Below are positions 37,290-45,819 of a stretch of DNA of 64,000 bases, in pieces. The stretch spans positions 66,544 through 130,543 of the forward strand of contig CANGYF010000009.1 in NCBI GenBank assembly GCA_947458265.1. Direction: 5' to 3'. The notes under the pieces are model-generated. The model worked only from the letters and a program-made list of their open reading frames with translations, did not search any database and was not told the origin of the DNA. The stretch comes from Betaproteobacteria bacterium. Its GTDB lineage: Bacteria; Pseudomonadota; Gammaproteobacteria; Burkholderiales; CAIKXV01. The position numbers and the translations under genes were made by a program. Numbering within the stretch: position 1 is the first letter of the stretch; the number at the start of each line of letters is the position of its first letter.

Positions 37290-37412
37290 TTTTCGCACGG
37301 GTGACCGCTTCGACGGCGACGCGGCTGCAACCCAGCATGACGACATCAAGCGGACGATCATACTCGATCAATATGACAGGCCAGAAGGCCGCGCGAAGGC
37401 CCCCGAGGGCGC

Positions 37413-38225
37413 TCAGCGCGATGGCCTGGCAGCCGTCGCCGCTTCGAGCGGGGCCACCGGGGTGCATCCGGGGCATCCCGGCAGGGCGAACTCGAACATG
37501 CCAGGCGCGCGCTCGACGCCCGTCTCGCGCAGCAGCGGCAGCAACTGCTCGCGCACCCCCGGCGCCACCGACGCGCGCAGGTACGCCTGCTCCAGCCGCG
37601 CCTCCCGCCACGCAGCCTCCCCCGCCAGTTCGAGGTCCCCTCCGCGCGTGACCAGCCGCGCACGCGCCGAACCACCGTGCGCATCGACCTCGATCCGGTA
37701 ATCGCCGAGGACGATACCCGGCAGGTGGCGCGACCGCGCTTCGGACCAGTCGATACTCGCCTGCACCCGCCAGCCGCCGCGCTCGTGCGCGAGCGCCTGC
37801 ACCTGGAGCCGCGGCCGCCCGGCCAACGCGAGCGCCGCGGTATGCGGCCACAGCGCCACCAGCGCTTCAGCCGGGAGTGCCAGCTCGAACGGTGCTGCGG
37901 TCAGCGTGCCCACGCCCAGTTCGACCGCGACGTCCCGCGCGTCGAGCTGCAGGACGAGCGCCAGCACCGGGCGCAGGCCCGGCAGCGGGCGTACGCGCCA
38001 TTGCACTGGCCAGGAAGCGATCGGGACACCCGCGGGCGAGCGCCACTGCAGTCGGCCCGCGCCGTGCCAGAGGCCACCGCGCGCCTCCAGCAGCCGCAGC
38101 TGACCGGCAGAACGCGTGGCCAGCGCGCGATCGAGCCAGGTGGCCGGCGCGAGCAGGACCAGGGCCAGCGCCAGCACGACGATGGCGCAGCCCGCGCGCA
38201 GCAGCAGGCGATCCACGGTCAGCAA
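37413..38225 (-). CDS. gspN: Type II secretion system protein N
   Basis: 270 aa with an N-terminal TM helix, then LEARGGLWHGAGRLQW, typical of GspN. It is the last gene of the gspG-N string. Confidence 0.75.
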   Translation of the reverse strand: MLTVDRLLLRAGCAIVVLALALVLLAPATWLDRALATRSAGQLRLLEARGGLWHGAGRLQWRSPAGVPIASWPVQWRVRPLPGLRPVLALVLQLDARDVAVELGVGTLTAAPFELALPAEALVALWPHTAALALAGRPRLQVQALAHERGGWRVQASIDWSEARSRHLPGIVLGDYRIEVDAHGGSARARLVTRGGDLELAGEAAWREARLEQAYLRASVAPGVREQLLPLLRETGVERAPGMFEFALPGCPGCTPVAPLEAATAARPSR

Positions 38226-38240
38226 CCCTCGCCCGGCGCT

Positions 38241-38747
38241 TCAGCGGGTTGCAGCGGAGCGCACCAGCACCGCCTCGATGCGCACGGCGCCCCCGGGCAG
38301 GCGCTCGACCCGCGCCTGCAGGAGCGCCACGCGCTGCTCACGCAGCGCCTGCACCAGCATCAGCCAGTCGCGGAAGACGGCCGCGTCGGCAACCAGCCGC
38401 ACGCGATCCGGCGTCGCCCGGTCACCCTGCACCGCAGCCCGCGCGAGTCCAGCCGCCTGCGCCTGCCGCTGCACCAGCGCCGCGAGGTCGTCCGCGCTGG
38501 CGGGCACGACGCGCGCACGCAGGCGCGCGACCTCGTCGGCGTGCGCGTCCACCGTGGTGGCGGCGGCGCGCAGCTCCGGCAGACGGGCCTCCAGCCGCCC
38601 CCGCTCGCGCTCGGCATCCAGGGCCCATGCACCATAGACGATCAGCGCGGCGGCCGCGGCAAGCGCGAGCAGCCACGGTCGCCGCCATCCCGGGCGCCCC
38701 GGTGCGGCCGCCGGCCGTACTGCAGCGGTGCTCGTACGCGCGCTCAC
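38241..38747 (-). CDS. gspM: Type II secretion system protein M
   Basis: GTG start at 38747 in a GTGA overlap with the gspL stop. 168 aa with a single TM helix (WLLALAAAAALIVYGAWAL) and then a coiled region. Position between gspL and gspN supports the call. Confidence 0.7.
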   Translation of the reverse strand: MSARTSTAAVRPAAAPGRPGWRRPWLLALAAAAALIVYGAWALDAERERGRLEARLPELRAAATTVDAHADEVARLRARVVPASADDLAALVQRQAQAAGLARAAVQGDRATPDRVRLVADAAVFRDWLMLVQALREQRVALLQARVERLPGGAVRIEAVLVRSAATR

Positions 38748-39922
38748 CAGCGCCGCTCCGCCACGCGCAGGACGCCTGCGCCAGCCGCGCGCTGTACCTC
38801 CAGGCCAGCCTCGGTCAGGCGTGCGGCCAGCCGCGACAGCATCGCCGCATCGCCGGGCTCGAACGCAACCTCCAGCCGTGAGGCCTCGTACACCAACGCG
38901 CGGATGCGTGCCCGGTCGGCCGGGTCGAGGGCAGCGGCCACCGCCTCGACCAACGAGGGGAAATCGCCCGGATCGGCCACCCCGGCCGCCGCGCGCGTCT
39001 GCGCGAGCTGACGCCGCATCTGCACGGCTGGATCGGCCACCGCCACCGCCTCGGGAAAGGCGTCGCGGAAGCGGGCGGTCATCGCCGACTCCAGCGTACG
39101 CACCTGCGTGCGCAGCCGCCAGCCGTCCCATGCGAGGAACATGCCGTGCGCGGCCAGCGCCACCAGCACCACGGCCAGCGCCCAGCGCACGCCGGAAGCC
39201 CCGACCCTTGCGGCAGCGGTCGCCGGCGTGGCGCGCCAGAGGACCGGGGCGTGATCGACCGGGACGACGGCCGGGTCGAACGCATCTGCGGCGTGCACCG
39301 GCAGTCCGAGCGTGCGTGCCCAGACTTGCAGGTCGGGCAACGCCGCCGCCGCGACCGGGTGTAGCCAAAGCGCCGTCGGCGCGCGGCGCTCGCGCCGGGC
39401 GGCGGCCAGGCGAGCCGCCAGCGCCACCGGGGCGCAGCCGGCGTCGCCGGCGTCGATCCACTGCCCCGCATGGTCGCCAGTGCGAACGCAGCCCTCGTCG
39501 CCGCGCCAACCCAGGTGCCAGCCGTCGACCGGCGGCGGCAGCAGCAACGTCTCGACGTACACCGCCACCTCGTGCAGACCGCAAGCCGCGAGCCTTTCGA
39601 GCCACGCATCGATGCCGGCGCGATCGACGGCGGCAAGGGTGCTGTGTGCGCCGTCGCGGCCCAGTTCGACCACCCGATCGCCATCGGGATCGCCGGCGAG
39701 CCGGTCCTCGATCGCATAGCCGAGCGCGGCGCCGGTATCCCGGCGCGCCGCCGCCGGTAGCTGCGCTGCAACCAGCAGAACGTCGGCAGACCTCAGCACC
39801 AGTTCCACCCGGCTCGCCCCCGACCACGCCGGGGACTGTCCCCGGCCGCGGCGCGCGCCGAGCATCCAGTCGCAGGCCACGACGGGGTCGTGCAGCGCCA
39901 CGACCAGGCGCAACGTGCTCAT
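38744..39922 (-). CDS. gspL: Type II secretion system protein L
   Basis: Start MSTLRLVVAL at 39922 (ATGA overlap with the gspK stop). Cytoplasmic actin-like domain, mid-protein TM helix (WALAVVLVALAAHGMFLAW) and periplasmic domain. Syntenic position supports the call. Confidence 0.78.
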   Translation of the reverse strand: MSTLRLVVALHDPVVACDWMLGARRGRGQSPAWSGASRVELVLRSADVLLVAAQLPAAARRDTGAALGYAIEDRLAGDPDGDRVVELGRDGAHSTLAAVDRAGIDAWLERLAACGLHEVAVYVETLLLPPPVDGWHLGWRGDEGCVRTGDHAGQWIDAGDAGCAPVALAARLAAARRERRAPTALWLHPVAAAALPDLQVWARTLGLPVHAADAFDPAVVPVDHAPVLWRATPATAAARVGASGVRWALAVVLVALAAHGMFLAWDGWRLRTQVRTLESAMTARFRDAFPEAVAVADPAVQMRRQLAQTRAAAGVADPGDFPSLVEAVAAALDPADRARIRALVYEASRLEVAFEPGDAAMLSRLAARLTEAGLEVQRAAGAGVLRVAERRW

Positions 39923-40863
39923 CCGCGCCGGCGCCATACGATGCTGGGCGCGCCCGTCGCGGCGCGCGACAGCAGCGCCTCGGCCGACACGACCACCTCG
40001 CCTGCGCGCACCCGTACCTGCGCGATGAACCACGCCGAGCCCACCGCCAGCCCATCGAGGGAATCCGGTCCACGGTCGCCGGCGCGCGCGGCGAAGTCAG
40101 CGAGGCTGCGGAACGGCCGGCGCTCGCGCTCGAGCACGAGCGCGCGTGCAGCGCCAAGATCGCTGCCGGGCAGCAGCGCGCACAGGACTTCAGGTGTGGC
40201 TGTATTCACGTTCACGGCAGTGGCTACTGGCAGCGCAACGACATGCGGCCGCAGCCGCTCGAGGACCTGCGCATCATAGCCGCGTACGCGCGCGAGTTCG
40301 CCGCGTTCGGCCAGCGGCTGGTTGGCGGCGAGATACGGCGCTGCCAGCGCGAGGTAGAACGCGTCCTCTGCGCCATCGGGCCCGGATGCGCGCGCATCCG
40401 AGTCGAGCCAGTCGGCCAGCGCGTCGGCCAGTCCCGCGGGCAGGCCCAGGACTGCCAGCAGCCGGCGATAGCGGTCGAGCTGCGCCGGCAGCACCCGTCC
40501 CTGCGGCGCGATGCCGTTGAGGTTGAAGGCGCCCTGCGCATCGTCCAGCCAGCCGGAGACGGTGGCACCCTCGACCTCCAACGGGCCGATGTGCGCCGCC
40601 CAGGGCTCCAGCCGGTGGTCGACTCCGGTGGCGCGCGCCTCGCGCGCCAGCGCCGCGCGCGCCCAGTCCAGTGCAGCATCGGCCGCCGCCAGCGCCTGCG
40701 CACGGTCACTGCGCAGCGATTCGACCCGCAACCAGCCCGATTGCGCGTGCAGGATGGCGCTGGCCGCGGCGGCGGCCAGCGCCACCACCGCCAGCGCCAG
40801 CACCAGTGCGACGCCGTGCTGGCGCCCGCGGCAGACCGGCGCGGCGCGCGCGCGCCCGATCAA
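39919..40863 (-). CDS. gspK: Type II secretion system minor pseudopilin K
   Basis: Probable TTG start at 40863 (TTGA overlap with the gspJ stop). QHGVALVLALAVVAL hydrophobic N-terminus. GspK motifs: GAFNLNG, DSDARASGPDGAED and VNVNTA. Confidence 0.75.
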   Translation of the reverse strand: MIGRARAAPVCRGRQHGVALVLALAVVALAAAAASAILHAQSGWLRVESLRSDRAQALAAADAALDWARAALAREARATGVDHRLEPWAAHIGPLEVEGATVSGWLDDAQGAFNLNGIAPQGRVLPAQLDRYRRLLAVLGLPAGLADALADWLDSDARASGPDGAEDAFYLALAAPYLAANQPLAERGELARVRGYDAQVLERLRPHVVALPVATAVNVNTATPEVLCALLPGSDLGAARALVLERERRPFRSLADFAARAGDRGPDSLDGLAVGSAWFIAQVRVRAGEVVVSAEALLSRAATGAPSIVWRRRG

Positions 40864-41501
40864 GGGGCCACCGCCACGATACGCTCGACCAGCCGCGCCG
40901 CCGCCGGCGGTGACGCTGCCGCGCCCGGGCGCTCGCTGTCGGGTACGGACGGCCCGACGAGCGCGAGCCGCAGGCGCACCGCGCGCGGCAGCGCCGCTTC
41001 CCCGTCGACCGGCCAGCTCGGCCACCAGCGCCCGTCGCCGCCGAGATAGTCGATGCCCAGCCAGGCCACGCCAGACAGGGCCAGTTGGTCGACCGCGTCG
41101 CTATCGCGCGCGTCCAGCGCCGGCCAGGCCCGGCGCAGCAGCGTGCCATCGGCCGCCAGCAGGTAGGCGACGCGGGCGGCTGCCCCGCCGGCCGCATCGC
41201 TCGCGCCGCGGCTGAACGAGACACCCGTCGCAGCGTCGCCCTCCCACGCCGGTCTCGGACCGCCAGTGGCGCGCACCGGGCGCTCCAGCGCGCGCCCGGC
41301 CTCGTGAGCGAAGCGGTCGAAGAACGCCGCCACCGCCTGCCAGCGCGCCGCCTCGGCGGCCAGCCGCTCTCGGGCTTCGAGCACCGCGGCGAGGCTGCGC
41401 CAGCCCACCGTCGACAGCAGCGCGAGGATCGCCAGTGCCACCAGAACCTCGACCAGGGTGTAGCCGGCCAGGGTAGCGCGGCAGCAACGATCGCCGCTCA
41501 C
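40860..41501 (-). CDS. gspJ: Type II secretion system minor pseudopilin J
   Basis: GTG start (GTGA overlap with the gspI stop). Prepilin motif AGYTLVEVLVALAILALL. Confidence 0.8.
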   Translation of the reverse strand: MSGDRCCRATLAGYTLVEVLVALAILALLSTVGWRSLAAVLEARERLAAEAARWQAVAAFFDRFAHEAGRALERPVRATGGPRPAWEGDAATGVSFSRGASDAAGGAAARVAYLLAADGTLLRRAWPALDARDSDAVDQLALSGVAWLGIDYLGGDGRWWPSWPVDGEAALPRAVRLRLALVGPSVPDSERPGAAASPPAAARLVERIVAVAP

Positions 41502-41872
41502 GGTCGACGCAGTACGCCAGCGAGCCGTACCTCCCCGCCGCGACCGCCGTCCACCCGCACGGCGATCTCGACGCGCCGGAACGCGGAATCAGGCAATGCG
41601 TCGACCGTCTCGCGCCAGCGCAGCCGTACTCCCGCCTGCTCGGCGATGCCTTCGCTCACGCCGAGGTCAGGCCAGGCGCGCCGGGCGCGCAGTTCGGCCA
41701 GCCGGTTCTCCGCCTCCCAGGTGGCAAACAGCCGCGTGCGCAGCACCTCGGCTGAGACGGTCGACTGCGTGGCGGTCCCGATCGCCGCCAGCAACGCGAC
41801 AGCGACCACCGCCAGCGCCACCAGCACCTCGAGCAGCGTGAAGCCGGCCGCCGGCCGTTCAGCGCGGGACAT
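41498..41872 (-). CDS. gspI: Type II secretion system minor pseudopilin I
   Basis: 124 aa. MSRAERPAAGFTLLEVLVALAVVAVALLA prepilin motif. Size and position fit GspI. Confidence 0.8.
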   Translation of the reverse strand: MSRAERPAAGFTLLEVLVALAVVAVALLAAIGTATQSTVSAEVLRTRLFATWEAENRLAELRARRAWPDLGVSEGIAEQAGVRLRWRETVDALPDSAFRRVEIAVRVDGGRGGEVRLAGVLRRP

Positions 41873-42332
41873 CGTACGGTCCCGCCACGCCGCCGTCGAC
41901 ACCGGTGGACACCCGCCAGCGCGCGGCCGCATCGGCCAGCTCGACCTCGAGCCGCGGCGGCCATGCACCCGCGAACTCGACCGGCGTCGCGACCGCCACC
42001 GGGTGGCCGTCCACGCGCAGCGCCACCACCCGCACGCCCTGCGCCAGACGGCGCGTGCGCAGCGGCTCGGCGGGGCCGATCGCCTTCCAGTGCCCGGTGC
42101 CATCGGTGCGCGCGAAGCCGTAGCCACCGCCATCGCTGCGCCAGCGCAGCCCCACCCCCGACAGGCGCGCCTCGTCGTGGGCGAGCCGCAGCAACTGCGC
42201 AAGACGCACCGCCTCGCCGCGTGCATCGTCGTCGCCCGCACCGCGCCAGACAGGCAGCGCCAGCCCGGCGAACAGTGCCGCGACCAGCAGCACCAGCAGC
42301 AGTTCGACCAGCGTCGCACCGCGCCCGCGCAT
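41859..42332 (-). CDS. gspH: Type II secretion system minor pseudopilin H
   Basis: ORF trimmed to MRGRGATLVELLLVLLVAALFAGLALP (prepilin-like). Position between gspG and gspI. The start is uncertain. Confidence 0.7.
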   Translation of the reverse strand: MRGRGATLVELLLVLLVAALFAGLALPVWRGAGDDDARGEAVRLAQLLRLAHDEARLSGVGLRWRSDGGGYGFARTDGTGHWKAIGPAEPLRTRRLAQGVRVVALRVDGHPVAVATPVEFAGAWPPRLEVELADAAARWRVSTGVDGGVAGPYDVPR

Positions 42333-42396
42333 GCCGCCGCAATCGTGGCCGCAACCGTGGCCGAACTCGTGACCGAACTCGGGGCGCAGGCGCCGC

Positions 42397-42852
42397 TCAG
42401 GATGCCCAGGAACCGATATCCGCATTGCGACCCTCGCCTCCAGGTGCCCCATCGGCGCCGAGACTGAAGACATCGATGTCGCCGCGCAAGCCCGGGTTGA
42501 GGTAGCGGTAGGGCTGGCCCCAGGGGTCGAGCGGCAATCGCTCCAGGTAACCGCCGCTGCGCCAGTTCGACGGCAGCGGGCCGGTCTCGGGCCGGCGCAC
42601 CAGCGCCTCCAGGCCCTGCTCGGTACTCGGATAGTCGCGATTGTCGAGGCGATACATGCGCAGCGCCTGCACCAGCGTGGCGATGTCGTGGCGCGCAGCG
42701 GTGGCGCGTGCCTCGTCCGGCCGGTCGGCCACGCGTGGCACCACCAGTGCGGCGAGCACGCCGATGATCAGCACCACCACCATCAGTTCGAGCAGCGTGA
42801 AGCCGCTCGGGCGCCGCGCAGGACGGCTGGGCATTCGATTGCAGCTTCGCAT
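42397..42852 (-). CDS. gspG: Type II secretion system major pseudopilin G
   Basis: GFTLLELMVVVLIIGVLAALVVP prepilin motif plus the conserved GspG core (DIATLVQALRMYRLDNRDYPSTEQGLEALV...DPWGQPYRY...DIDVFSLGADGAPGGEG). ATG at 42852 has a GGATGGA Shine-Dalgarno sequence; alternative start at 42834. Confidence 0.9.
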   Translation of the reverse strand: MRSCNRMPSRPARRPSGFTLLELMVVVLIIGVLAALVVPRVADRPDEARATAARHDIATLVQALRMYRLDNRDYPSTEQGLEALVRRPETGPLPSNWRSGGYLERLPLDPWGQPYRYLNPGLRGDIDVFSLGADGAPGGEGRNADIGSWAS

Positions 42853-43047
42853 CGGTCCATCCATGATCGACAGAGTGTCCCCCATCCTTCGCACGGCAGT
42901 CAAAGCGGGCAGGCGCGCCACACACGCTCAGCGCGCGCGCCTCGGCGCGCAGGCAAACCGCTATACACTATCCGAGGGCAAAGCATGTGCGTGCGATCGC
43001 CACCGCGTCGCGACGCGCGCAAACGATGCGGGACACGTGGGGGGGAC

Positions 43048-43539
43048 ATGCGCGAGCAGGGCACGCGGCGGGAGCGCTGGCTGGAAGAGGCAGTCTGGCT
43101 CGGCGCGCTGGCGCTGGCAGCGGTCATCCTCGCGGTGTGGGCCCTGCGGATCACCGCCCCGGCATCGGTCGCCGCCGTGCCCGCCGCCGCAGCCGAGCCG
43201 GCGCGACTGGACCGTGCGTTCACCCTGTTCGGGTCCGATGCCACGGCTGCGTCGGGGGATGCCAGCGCCGCGCTGCCACGTCTGCTCGGTACCGTGCAGA
43301 CCGGCACCGGCCGTGGCTATGCCGTGGTCCGCGATACCGGCGGCAGCGTGCGCACTGTCGTCCCGGGCGAACGCTACGCCGCCGACTGGACGCTGGAAAC
43401 GGTGGAGCGCGATCGCGTGCTGCTGCGCGGCACCGACGGGCTGCACGAACTGCCACTGCCGGCGCGTACGCCAGTTGCGCGTGCATCCGAGATATCTGCC
43501 CCGACGGGCGCAATACGCGCCGGAGCGCTCCGGCCATGA
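43048..43539 (+). CDS. gspC: Type II secretion system protein C-like (short form; no recognisable PDZ domain)
   Basis: 163 aa with a TM helix (AVWLGALALAAVILAVWAL), then an HR-like segment (LLGTVQTGTGRGYAVVRDTGGSVRTVVPGERYAADWTLETVERDRVLLRG). ATGA overlap with the gspD start. Confidence 0.6.
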   Translation: MREQGTRRERWLEEAVWLGALALAAVILAVWALRITAPASVAAVPAAAAEPARLDRAFTLFGSDATAASGDASAALPRLLGTVQTGTGRGYAVVRDTGGSVRTVVPGERYAADWTLETVERDRVLLRGTDGLHELPLPARTPVARASEISAPTGAIRAGALRP

Positions 43540-45812
43540 CGCCTGTATCGTCCCTGCAGCCTCGACGAGGACTGCAGATAGCCACCCGCCTGTACGCCAC
43601 CGCCCTGATCGCCCTGGTCGCCCTGGTTGGCGTCGGCGCGCACGCTGCGAGCGCACAGCCGGCCGCATCCCCGCTGCCCGCGGCAGGCCCGGGAACGCCC
43701 CCGGCGGCGCCAGCCGCTATCCCATCCGCCGTGTCGACGGGTACTGCCACTGGCACTGCCGTCATCGCCCCGGTAGCGCCACTCCCGGACCGGCGCGGTC
43801 AGCGCCCTGGCAACGCCCGCCCCGCTGAGCTGGCGGTCGCCGACCTCGTAACGCTCAACTTCTCCAACGCCGACATCGAGGGCGTGCTGAAGGCAGTCAG
43901 CGAGATCACCGGCCGCAACTTCCTCGTCGACCCGCGGGTAAAGGGCACCGTCAACATCGTCTCGGCGCGACCGGTGCCGCGGGCGCAGGTGTACGACCTG
44001 TTGCTGTCGGCGCTGCGCATGCAGGGCTTCGCCACCATCGACGACCGCAACCTGGTCCGGGTAGTACCCGAGGCCGACGCCCGCCTGCTGTCCACGCGCA
44101 CGGTGGACGCCGGCGAGCGCGCGCGCGATCCCGGCGATGCGATCGTCACCCGCGTGTTCTCGCTGTCGCACGAGGCCGCAGCCCAGTTGCTGCCAGTACT
44201 GCGGCCGCTGATCTCGCCCAACAACGCAATCGCCGCCCTGCCCGGAAGCAACGCGCTGGTGGTCACCGATTACGCCTCGAACATGCAGCGCATCGAACGG
44301 ATCATCGAGCGTGTCGACCGCCCGGCCGGCGGCAGCGATCCGGTGGTGATCCCGCTGCGCCACGTCTCCGCAGTCGATCTGGCGCAGACGATCACCCGCC
44401 TGTTCAGCGAGCCTGCGGCGGCGGCCGACCCTCTGCAGCGCCTGGTGGTAGTGCCCGACGTCCGATCGAACACGCTGCTGGTGCGATCGGGCGACCCGGC
44501 GCGCCTGACCCGGGTACGCAATGTCGTTGCGTCGCTGGATGCCCCGGGCCGTGCCGGCGGTAACGCCCATGTGGTCTACCTGCGCAACGCCGATGCGGTG
44601 CGGGTGGCTGAGACGCTGCGCGCGATCTACGCCACCGAGTCCCCGGGCGCGCCGCGCCGCGCGGGGGCGCTCGCCGATGCCGGGCTGCCGCAGGCGACAC
44701 CGGCCGGCCCTCCCGGCGGCAGCGGCACCTCGCCGATGCCCGCCCCACGTCCGGCGACCGCACCGCAGGCTGCCGGCGGCGGCGCCGACGGGGTGAGCAT
44801 CCAGGCCGACCCGGCCACCAACTCGGTGCTGATCGTCGCACCCGACCCGGTGTACAACGACCTGCGCGCGATCCTGGACAAGCTCGACCTGCGTCGTGCC
44901 CAGGTCTACGTCGAGGCGCTGATCGCAGAAGTCACGGCCAGCCGCGCCGCCGAGTTCGGCGTGCAGTGGCAGGATCTGGGCAACGTCGGCAGCTCGGCGG
45001 GCGAGGCGCGCGGTTTCGGCGGCACCAACTTCGGCGGTGCCGGACAGAATATCGTCGGCATCGCGCGCAACGCCGCCAGCGTCGGCCGCGGCCTGAACGT
45101 CGGCGTGCTGCATGGGCAGGTGAGCATCCCGGGACTGGCCGGCCCGACGCTCAGCATCAACGCGCTGGTACGCGCGCTGGAGACGGACGCCAACGCCAAC
45201 ATCCTCTCGACGCCGACGCTGCTCACCCTTGACAACGAGGAGGCACGTATCGTGATCGGCCAGAACGTGCCGTTCATCACCGGCCAGTACGCGCTGTCGG
45301 GGGCGGCCGCCACCCCGACGCCGTTCCAGACGATCGAGCGGCGCGACGTCGGACTGACACTTCGCATCCGCCCGCAGATTTCGGCCGGCGGTGCGGTGCG
45401 CCTGCAGCTCTACCAGGAAGTGTCGAGCGTGCAGGACGCGACCAATGCGGCGGGTGTGATCACCAACAAGCGGGCGGTGGAGTCGAACGTCGTGGTCGAC
45501 GACGGGCGCATCGTGGTGATCGGCGGCCTGATCCAGGACACGCTCACCGACAGTGTCGAGCGGGTGCCGCTGCTCGGCGAACTGCCGGTGATCGGTTCGC
45601 TGTTCCGGTACACCAGCCGTTCGCGGGTGAAGACCAACCTGATGGTGTTCCTGCGGCCGACGCTGGTGCGCGACGAGCGCGGCGCCGAGGCGCTTTCGGG
45701 CGAACGCTACGAGTACATCCTCGGCGAGCAGAGGGCCGCGCAGCCGCCCTCGCGCCCGCTGTTGCCCGACATGACCGGCCCGCAGTTGCCGCCGCGCAAG
45801 CCCGCGCCATGA
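43536..45812 (+). CDS. gspD: Type II secretion system secretin
   Basis: 758 aa with a signal peptide, an Ala/Pro-rich linker and an N0 domain (LNFSNADIEGVLKAVSEITGRNFLVDPRVKG). Secretin core: SIQADPATNSVLI...VPLLGELPVIGSLFR. Confidence 0.93.
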   Translation: MTPVSSLQPRRGLQIATRLYATALIALVALVGVGAHAASAQPAASPLPAAGPGTPPAAPAAIPSAVSTGTATGTAVIAPVAPLPDRRGQRPGNARPAELAVADLVTLNFSNADIEGVLKAVSEITGRNFLVDPRVKGTVNIVSARPVPRAQVYDLLLSALRMQGFATIDDRNLVRVVPEADARLLSTRTVDAGERARDPGDAIVTRVFSLSHEAAAQLLPVLRPLISPNNAIAALPGSNALVVTDYASNMQRIERIIERVDRPAGGSDPVVIPLRHVSAVDLAQTITRLFSEPAAAADPLQRLVVVPDVRSNTLLVRSGDPARLTRVRNVVASLDAPGRAGGNAHVVYLRNADAVRVAETLRAIYATESPGAPRRAGALADAGLPQATPAGPPGGSGTSPMPAPRPATAPQAAGGGADGVSIQADPATNSVLIVAPDPVYNDLRAILDKLDLRRAQVYVEALIAEVTASRAAEFGVQWQDLGNVGSSAGEARGFGGTNFGGAGQNIVGIARNAASVGRGLNVGVLHGQVSIPGLAGPTLSINALVRALETDANANILSTPTLLTLDNEEARIVIGQNVPFITGQYALSGAAATPTPFQTIERRDVGLTLRIRPQISAGGAVRLQLYQEVSSVQDATNAAGVITNKRAVESNVVVDDGRIVVIGGLIQDTLTDSVERVPLLGELPVIGSLFRYTSRSRVKTNLMVFLRPTLVRDERGAEALSGERYEYILGEQRAAQPPSRPLLPDMTGPQLPPRKPAP

Positions 45813-45819
45813 CTGCGCC

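Noticed and set aside
38241-40157. 638-aa ORF spanning gspM and gspL, and the 941-aa ORF 42987..45812 extending gspD upstream
   Set aside because: Only the C-terminal parts resemble GspM and GspD. The upstream extensions overlap gspL and gspC in other frames and are low complexity. Overlapping start/stop codons give conventional gene sizes.
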